NCBI GenBank assembly: GCA_051879215.1
Contig: JBJELP010000267.1
Location: forward strand, 5,028-69,027
Direction of reading: 5' to 3'
DNA length: 64,000 bases
Origin: Lachnospiraceae bacterium
GTDB lineage: Bacteria > Bacillota > Clostridia > Lachnospirales > Lachnospiraceae
A program made the translations under genes and the position numbers. Positions 57,551-64,000 of the stretch are shown piece after piece. Numbering within the stretch: position 1 is the first letter of the stretch; every line of letters begins with the position of its first letter. The notes under the pieces are model-generated. The model saw nothing but the letters and a program-made list of their open reading frames with translations. It was not told where the DNA came from and did not search any database.

Positions 57551-58342
57551 ATGAATTGTAAAACAGAAAAAAAGAAAATCCTGAGTTTCGATCTGGATAT
57601 GACCCTTGTGGATGATAAGGATAATAAAATTCCCCGTAGTGCCATCGATGCCATCAATCAGGTTCGAAATGACTATTATATTGTAATTGCCACAGGACGG
57701 AATCTGGAACTGGCAGCCAATCAGTATGTATTGGAAGAACTGAAACCTGATGCATGGGTGCATAATAACGGTGCCCAGGTACATATTGAAGGAAAACAGG
57801 TGTATTACCATGAATTCAATAAAGATCTTCTGAAACGTCTTCTGGACTTTTCCATCAGCCGCGGTCTCTGCGTCTGTGCCATGATCAATAATGTGGAATA
57901 CTGTACGATTCCCGAAGATCTGAAATCCATCCAGTATATTTTAAGCGGTGATGCCAGACCGGAATATGATGATGTCATGAAGCTTCTGGAACTGCCCGTG
58001 CAGACTCTGGGTTTTGTGGGAAAGGATGAAAAAGCACAGATTCTCCGGGATGCATTTCCCGAACTGAAAATCCCTTCTGTCATCCCCGGTATCTGGTGCG
58101 ACATTATGGAAAAAAACATTTCCAAAGTGGTCGGTATGGAAAAAGTGCTTTCCCACTATCAGCTCACCATGAAAGATGTCATTGCCTTCGGCGACAGCAT
58201 GAATGATTATGAAATATTAAAAGCCGCCGGCTATGCAGTTGCAATGGGCAACGCCGCCGACGGTCTGAAAGAAATTGCGGATTATATTACGGATGATGTG
58301 GACAAAGACGGAATTGCCAATGCCCTCCGGATGTTATGCTGA
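57551..58342 (+). CDS. Cof-type HAD-IIB phosphatase
   Basis: Motif I LSFDLDMTLV and motif IV FGDSMNDYEIL. Confidence 0.85.
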   Translation: MNCKTEKKKILSFDLDMTLVDDKDNKIPRSAIDAINQVRNDYYIVIATGRNLELAANQYVLEELKPDAWVHNNGAQVHIEGKQVYYHEFNKDLLKRLLDFSISRGLCVCAMINNVEYCTIPEDLKSIQYILSGDARPEYDDVMKLLELPVQTLGFVGKDEKAQILRDAFPELKIPSVIPGIWCDIMEKNISKVVGMEKVLSHYQLTMKDVIAFGDSMNDYEILKAAGYAVAMGNAADGLKEIADYITDDVDKDGIANALRMLC

Positions 58343-58374
58343 AAAGCACTCCTTCGTATAACACCTGTTTATGG

Positions 58375-59301
58375 CTAATTGCCCCATATTTGAGCCAGAA
58401 CAATGGCCGCAAACATCAGTGCACAGCCTGCCAGTTCTCTGGCGGACAGTGCCTGATTCAGAAGCAGCCAGCCGGCCAATGCGGAAACCACGGATTCCAG
58501 ACACATGATCAGAGATGCAATTGTTGGATTCATATCCTTCTGTCCGACGATCTGCAGGGTATAGGCAACACCGCTGGATAATACACCTGCATAAAGGATC
58601 GGCATCCATGCTGCCAGAATAGCTGCAATGGTGGGATTTTCAAATATCAGCATCAGGATGCCGGATACCAGACCTGCCACAAAAAACTGAATGCAGGAAA
58701 TCACCACACCGTCTCCTTTGGGTGAAAAGTGATCAATTACCATAATATGTATGGAAAAAAGCAGTGCACAGATCAGAACCAGCGTATCACCGAATGCCAG
58801 TTTAAAAGAACTGTCCGTCATACAGAGAAGGTATAAACCGACCACTGAAAGGGCCACACTGAACCATACGACGATGGATACTCTCTTCTTAAAAAACAAT
58901 CCCAGTATCGGAACGATGACCACATACAGGGCTGTAATAAATCCGGCTTTGCCCACTGTTGTATGTGCAATACCAAACTGCTGAAAATTGCTGGCTGCAC
59001 ATAAGGCCAGACCGCAGCAGATTCCGCCGATCAGCTCATTCCGGCTGACCGGAAGCCATGAAATCGGTCTGTCTTTCTTCTGTAGAGCAAAATCTGCCGT
59101 TTCTTCTCCACCTTGCATTTTCCACTTTCTCAGCAGCACAATGCAGGGGATCAGCACCAGCCCTCCGATGATATTTCGGGTGAAATTAAAGGTAAATCCC
59201 CCTACGTAATCCATTCCCACACTCTGTGCAACAAAGGCGACACCCCAGATGGTTGCCGTCAGAAGCAGCAGCAGGGAATTTCTGATCTGTGTTTTCTTCA
59301 T
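58375..59301 (-). CDS. DMT-superfamily (EamA-type) transporter
   Basis: Ten TM helices in two EamA repeats. ATG at 59301 (MKKTQIRNSLLLL) sits 7 nt after GAGAGG; the longer ORF would overlap the neighbouring gene. Confidence 0.8.
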   Translation of the reverse strand: MKKTQIRNSLLLLLTATIWGVAFVAQSVGMDYVGGFTFNFTRNIIGGLVLIPCIVLLRKWKMQGGEETADFALQKKDRPISWLPVSRNELIGGICCGLALCAASNFQQFGIAHTTVGKAGFITALYVVIVPILGLFFKKRVSIVVWFSVALSVVGLYLLCMTDSSFKLAFGDTLVLICALLFSIHIMVIDHFSPKGDGVVISCIQFFVAGLVSGILMLIFENPTIAAILAAWMPILYAGVLSSGVAYTLQIVGQKDMNPTIASLIMCLESVVSALAGWLLLNQALSARELAGCALMFAAIVLAQIWGN

Positions 59302-59371
59302 ATGATTTCCTCTCATGTTTATTATGGTTGTATTCTTCCGAATCCATTCTGACATCCGGATGAATCCCTGC

Positions 59372-60142
59372 TCAGAACACATAGGATATGGTTTCATTCC
59401 GGTTCAGATAGTTCAGAATTCCTTTTGTCAGCGCCCGGGCAATTTTCTCCTGATACGTGTCCTGTATCAGAAGCTCTGCCTCACGGGGATTGCTTAAAAA
59501 ACCGCATTCTGCAATCACCATGGGCATGGATGTATGCAGAAGCAGATAATAATTATCATTGGCCTTGGGTTTCCGCCGATTTTCCACTTCATCCACTTCA
59601 TCAAAGGATGCCTGCAGCAGCTGTGCTGCCCGTTTCCCCTGTTCTGACGCATGATAGTAAAATACCTGCGGTCCGCAGACGGACGGATCATGATAGCTGT
59701 TCTGATGAATGCTGACCACCAGATCAGGGGAAGCCGCTTCCATGATTTCAATCCGCCGGTTCATATCCGCCATTTTCTTATTGGGTGCATCCGGCTGATA
59801 CAGAGGTTCATCTGATTCTCTTGTCAGAACCACACGTACCTTTTCTTTCTCCAGGGCAGTTTTCAGTTTCTTTACAATGGAAAGATTAATATCCTTTTCA
59901 TTGGCCTGATTGCATCCCACTTTCCCCGGATCTGCAGCTCCGTGTCCGGCATCCAGTACAACACAGGACTCCCGGTTTCCATCTCCATTTACACCGGCTG
60001 TTCCGATTCCCGCAGATGCTTCCAGGAGCAGCGGCTTCTCAATTATGTACATCTGAATTCCTGCCACCAGGCCCAGCATCAGCAGGCCCAGTATCCATTC
60101 CACAGCAGTTCGTCTCGCAGAGTGATTTCCATTTGCCTTCAT
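59372..60142 (-). CDS. N-acetylmuramoyl-L-alanine amidase (Amidase_3, CwlD-like)
   Basis: VVLDAGHGAADPG...SIHQNS...ECGFLSN motifs and an N-terminal TM anchor. ATG at 60142 sits 6 nt after GGAGG. Confidence 0.8.
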   Translation of the reverse strand: MKANGNHSARRTAVEWILGLLMLGLVAGIQMYIIEKPLLLEASAGIGTAGVNGDGNRESCVVLDAGHGAADPGKVGCNQANEKDINLSIVKKLKTALEKEKVRVVLTRESDEPLYQPDAPNKKMADMNRRIEIMEAASPDLVVSIHQNSYHDPSVCGPQVFYYHASEQGKRAAQLLQASFDEVDEVENRRKPKANDNYYLLLHTSMPMVIAECGFLSNPREAELLIQDTYQEKIARALTKGILNYLNRNETISYVF

Positions 60143-60220
60143 AACGGTCCTCCGGACTTCCATCCTTTCTGCCTGTCACTGCTATCATATGCCGTCCGGG
60201 TGTATTTCAGTCCGGTTCCT

Positions 60221-60970
60221 TTATTTCTGATCGTAAATCAGTACATTTTCTTTGTTCCGGTACTTGGTCCTCAGACCGGAATCCGTGATAACATCTGCAT
60301 CTGTAAATCCTGCAAAACGCACCGTCGATATCATATCAAATTTGCTGCTGTCTGTCACGATATACCGTTTTCTGGATTGCTTCAGAGCCAGCTCTTTCAC
60401 GGCAGCCTCCTGAATATCCGGTGTGGTAAATCCCTCTTCCACCGTAACTCCGTTTGTTCCGAAAAAGCCTTTGGTGAAATGGAAATTCCCCAGAAACTGA
60501 CAGGTCTGCCCGCCAATCAGTGCCTCGGTCTTGATTTTCAGCATACCGCCGGGCATATAAACCTGATACCCCATACTGCAGAGCTTTCTCGCATGGGAAA
60601 TCGCATTTGTAATAAAAACAGCATCCGTACATGTGAGAAAGTCCGGAATAAATCCTGTGGTTGTACCTGCATCCAGAAATACCACATCATCATCCGTGAT
60701 CAGGGAAGCTGCATATCTGGCAATTTCCATCTTGGTTTCCCGGTGCAGAACTTCCCGTTCTGCAACCATCAAATCGGATGTAATGGTGCCGGAAGCTGCC
60801 ACTGCGCCGCCATGGACCTTCAGAAGCAGCCTTTTTCGGTCAAGCTCATTCAGATCACGCCGAATGGTAGATTCAGAAGCACCCAGCAGTTCCATCAGTT
60901 CCTGAACGGAAACACTCCCTTTCTCCTCTACTTTCTGAACAATCAGATTGCGTCTTTCTTCTGTCAGCAT
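60221..60970 (-). CDS. DeoR-family transcriptional regulator (FruR-like by context)
   Basis: HTH VSVQELMELLGASESTIRRDLNEL plus a DeoR C-terminal sensor domain. Divergent from fruK-fruA. Confidence 0.85.
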   Translation of the reverse strand: MLTEERRNLIVQKVEEKGSVSVQELMELLGASESTIRRDLNELDRKRLLLKVHGGAVAASGTITSDLMVAEREVLHRETKMEIARYAASLITDDDVVFLDAGTTTGFIPDFLTCTDAVFITNAISHARKLCSMGYQVYMPGGMLKIKTEALIGGQTCQFLGNFHFTKGFFGTNGVTVEEGFTTPDIQEAAVKELALKQSRKRYIVTDSSKFDMISTVRFAGFTDADVITDSGLRTKYRNKENVLIYDQK

Positions 60971-61345
60971 ACAAAATACCCTCCATTATCATGTATTTTC
61001 CTATTGCCGATATCATATATCGTATTATTATACGGATAATTGCACCGATTTTCAAGAGACTTTCATTTCTGCCGCCGTCAGACGATCACGTCGTCTCATT
61101 TCAAAAACGCAGTTTTTCTGTCCCACCTGTCAAAATAAACAAAAAAATCAGTTCTATTCCACGTAATATTTGACTGTTTTTGAATGTTTTTATGATTGAC
61201 ATTGACCGTTTTAAATGATATTATTCAATTACATTCATAAACGGTCATGCAAAGCATTTTCACCAGGAGAATGACACGTTGAATCAGACATTCGTATTCT
61301 CTTCGAAAAACAGGGATTTGCAGACCGAAGAAAGGAGAAGTCGTT

Positions 61346-62248
61346 ATGATCTATACAGTTACATTTAATCCTTCTCTGGATTACATTGTTTCTGTGGATA
61401 ATTTTACCCCCGGCAAGGTCAACAGAACCTGTAAGGAGATCATGTTTCCCGGCGGTAAAGGCATCAACGTATCCATTGTCCTGAAGAATCTGGGCATGGA
61501 CAGTACCATTCTGGGATTCATTGCCGGATTTACCGGTGAAGAGATCCGCCGCCAGGTTCTGGAGATGGGCTGCAGGGAAGATCTGATCTCCATTCCCAAT
61601 GGTCTTTCCCGTATCAATGTAAAGCTTCGTTCCAATGAAGAAAGCGAAATCAACGGTATGGGACCTGCCATCGACGATGCTGCCATCAATACCCTCTACA
61701 GCAAACTGGATCAGCTGAAAAAAGGTGATGTTCTGGTTCTGGCAGGAAGTATCCCCTCCTGCATGCCTGAGACCATATATCTGGACATCATGAACCATCT
61801 GGCTGACAAAGAGGTGATGATCGCCGTCGATGCCACCAAAGATCTTCTTCTCAACGTAATGCCCTGTCACCCCTTCGTAATCAAGCCCAACAATCATGAA
61901 CTGGGTGAAATCTTCCACGTTGAAATCACAGAAAAGGACGATGTCATTACCTATGCAAAGAAACTGCAGGAACAGGGTGCCCGCAATGTTCTGGTTTCCA
62001 TGGCCGGTGATGGTGCCGTTCTGGTTGCTGAAGATGGTTCTGTTTACACCAGCGAAGCACCCAAAGGCAAAGTTGTCAACTCCGTTGGTGCCGGAGATTC
62101 CATGGTGGCCGGATTTGTATACGGCTATCTGACTTCCGGCAGCTATGAAACAGCATTTAAGACCGGTATTTCCTGCGGAAGTGCAAGTGCATTCTCCGAA
62201 AATCTTGCAACCCGCGAAGAAGTGGATGCCATCTTAAACACTTTGTAG
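61346..62248 (+). CDS. fruK: 1-phosphofructokinase (PfkB family)
   Basis: MIYTVTFNPSLDY, GGKGINV, and the C-terminal VNSVGAGDSMVAGF motif. RBS AAAGGAG. Confidence 0.9.
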   Translation: MIYTVTFNPSLDYIVSVDNFTPGKVNRTCKEIMFPGGKGINVSIVLKNLGMDSTILGFIAGFTGEEIRRQVLEMGCREDLISIPNGLSRINVKLRSNEESEINGMGPAIDDAAINTLYSKLDQLKKGDVLVLAGSIPSCMPETIYLDIMNHLADKEVMIAVDATKDLLLNVMPCHPFVIKPNNHELGEIFHVEITEKDDVITYAKKLQEQGARNVLVSMAGDGAVLVAEDGSVYTSEAPKGKVVNSVGAGDSMVAGFVYGYLTSGSYETAFKTGISCGSASAFSENLATREEVDAILNTL

Positions 62249-62284
62249 AATTATAATCCCCACAATCCATAAGGAGAAAACCAC

Positions 62285-64000
62285 ATGAGAATTACAGATT
62301 TACTGGCTGCAGAAAGCGTATGCCTCAATGGTTCTGCCAGCGATAAGGCAGATGTACTCAATCAGATGGTTGATTTAATGGCAAAAAGCGGAAAGGTATC
62401 TGATCGTGAAATTTACCTGAACGCTGTATTTGCAAGAGAAGAAGAAGGAACCACAGGTGTCGGCGACGGTATCGCCATTCCCCACGGACGCTGCAGCGGT
62501 GTATCCCAGCCCGGTCTGGCTGCCATGGTACTGCCTGCAGGTGTTGATTATCAGGCTCTGGATGATGAACCGGTGCATCTGATTTTCCTGATTGCCGCTC
62601 CCGAAGGCGCAGGAAGTGTGCACATTGATATTTTGAGCAAATTATCCACCATGCTGATGGATGAGCAGTTTGCAGAAAATCTGAAAGCTGCAAAAACCGT
62701 TGATGCCTTCCTGAAAGTGATTGATGACGCAGAAACAGCAAAGGATGCAGAAGAAAAAGCCAAAGCAGAAGCTGCAAAAAATACAGATCTGGCTGCAGAA
62801 CGATCTGCATCCAATCAGAAACTGATTCTGGCAGTTACTGCCTGCCCCACCGGTATCGCCCATACCTATATGGCACAGGAAAGCATTGAAAAAGCTGCAA
62901 AGAAAATGGGATGCATGGTGAAAGTTGAGACAAGAGGATCAGGCGGTGCAAAAAACGTACTGACAGATGAAGAAATTGAAGCAGCAGATGGCATTATCGT
63001 GGCAGCGGATACTAATGTTCCCATGGACCGTTTCGATGGAAAGAAACTGATCGAAGTACAGGTATCCGATGGTATCAGTAAATCCGAACAGCTGGTAAAA
63101 CGGATTATCGATGGTGATGCTCCCGTATATCATGCAGCAAACGGCAGACAGTCCAGCCAGACTCAGACATCCGGAGGCGGTGCGCATGCCATTTACAAGC
63201 ATCTGATGAATGGTGTATCCCATATGCTTCCTTTCGTTGTAGGCGGCGGTATCCTGATTGCACTGGCCTTCCTCATCGATGGCCTCCTGGTGGATCTGAG
63301 TGCTCTCCCTGCCAATGCCGATGAAGCAGCAAAACTGGGTCAGACTATTTCCCGAGCTGACTTTGGTACCATCACACCCATTGCTGCTCTGTTAAAAGCA
63401 AAAATCGGCGGTGTTGCCTTTGGTTTCATGCTTCCCGTGCTGGCCGGTTTCATTGCAATGAGTATCGCAGACCGCCCCGGTCTGGCAGTTGGTTTCGTTG
63501 GCGGTGCCATCGCAGCAAACGGTACATCCGGTTTCCTTGGCGCACTGGCAGCCGGTTTCATTGCAGGTTATCTGGTAAACTTACTGAAAAAAGTATGTGA
63601 CCGTGTAATCCCCAAAGCACTGGATGGTATCAAACCAGTACTTCTTTACCCTGTATTTGGCATTCTCTTTGTCGGTATCATCATGCAGTACATCATCGAA
63701 CCCATTATCGGTATGCTGAATACAGCACTGAATGCCGGTCTCGGCAGTTTAAGCGGTGCAAATGCTATTCTCCTTGGACTGATTCTCGGCGGTATGATGG
63801 CAGTTGATATGGGCGGTCCCTTCAACAAGGCAGCATACGTATTCGGTACTGCATCCATTGCAGCAGGCAACTACAATATCATGGCAGCTGTAATGATCGG
63901 CGGTATGGTTCCTCCCTGCGCGATTGCACTGGCAACCATCCTGTTTAAAAATAAATTTACAGAGTCCGAACGCAAGTCCGGCCCCACAAACTTCATCATG
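62285..64000 (+). CDS. fruA: PTS fructose-specific EIIABC component; 3' end lies outside the window
   Basis: Own translation from ATG 62285 (RBS AAGGAGA). EIIA-Fru (GVGDGIAIPHGR), EIIB (LAVTACPTGIAHTYMA), then EIIC helices. The frame stays open to position 64000. Confidence 0.9.
   Translation, partial: MRITDLLAAESVCLNGSASDKADVLNQMVDLMAKSGKVSDREIYLNAVFAREEEGTTGVGDGIAIPHGRCSGVSQPGLAAMVLPAGVDYQALDDEPVHLIFLIAAPEGAGSVHIDILSKLSTMLMDEQFAENLKAAKTVDAFLKVIDDAETAKDAEEKAKAEAAKNTDLAAERSASNQKLILAVTACPTGIAHTYMAQESIEKAAKKMGCMVKVETRGSGGAKNVLTDEEIEAADGIIVAADTNVPMDRFDGKKLIEVQVSDGISKSEQLVKRIIDGDAPVYHAANGRQSSQTQTSGGGAHAIYKHLMNGVSHMLPFVVGGGILIALAFLIDGLLVDLSALPANADEAAKLGQTISRADFGTITPIAALLKAKIGGVAFGFMLPVLAGFIAMSIADRPGLAVGFVGGAIAANGTSGFLGALAAGFIAGYLVNLLKKVCDRVIPKALDGIKPVLLYPVFGILFVGIIMQYIIEPIIGMLNTALNAGLGSLSGANAILLGLILGGMMAVDMGGPFNKAAYVFGTASIAAGNYNIMAAVMIGGMVPPCAIALATILFKNKFTESERKSGPTNFIM

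Overview
This 64-kb window looks like chromosomal DNA from an endospore-forming Firmicute, probably a Clostridia/Lachnospiraceae-type organism (inference). Spot counts put G+C in the mid-40s %. Most of it is ordinary housekeeping and sporulation-linked synteny: rlmD-yhaM-htrA-like/mutS2; a WalRK-like two-component pair; trmL; an aminotransferase with an AsnC regulator; vanW; nth; tRNA-Gly; a GH13 amylase; spoIIE-tilS-hpt-ftsH; spoVT; a maltose-type PTS/MapP-like/MalQ operon with a divergent LacI regulator; cstA; a MATE/MerR pair; trkHA; murI; mazG-hbs-yabO-yabP-yabQ-divIC; a cwlD-like amidase; fruR/fruK/fruA. The outlier is a visibly AT-rich, roughly 2.5-kb single-gene cassette (44821-47372) bracketed by ~73-bp imperfect inverted repeats. 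It encodes a 738-aa protein that reads as TerY-like vWA with a degenerate MIDAS site, a duplicated helical motif, a zinc ribbon, a beta-rich domain, a TIR domain with the catalytic Glu motif present, and a SHOCT tail. I read it as a candidate undescribed single-gene TIR/NADase-type defence cassette. Secondary observations are a 2-kb sdpR/sdpI/hydrolase block flanked by 48-bp direct repeats, an orphan 90-aa gene behind a perfect consensus promoter, a candidate C-rich small RNA, a perfect 35-bp tandem duplication upstream of mazG, and an HtrA-like protein that seems to lack the catalytic His and Asp. All homology calls come from reading motifs by eye; no database search was run.
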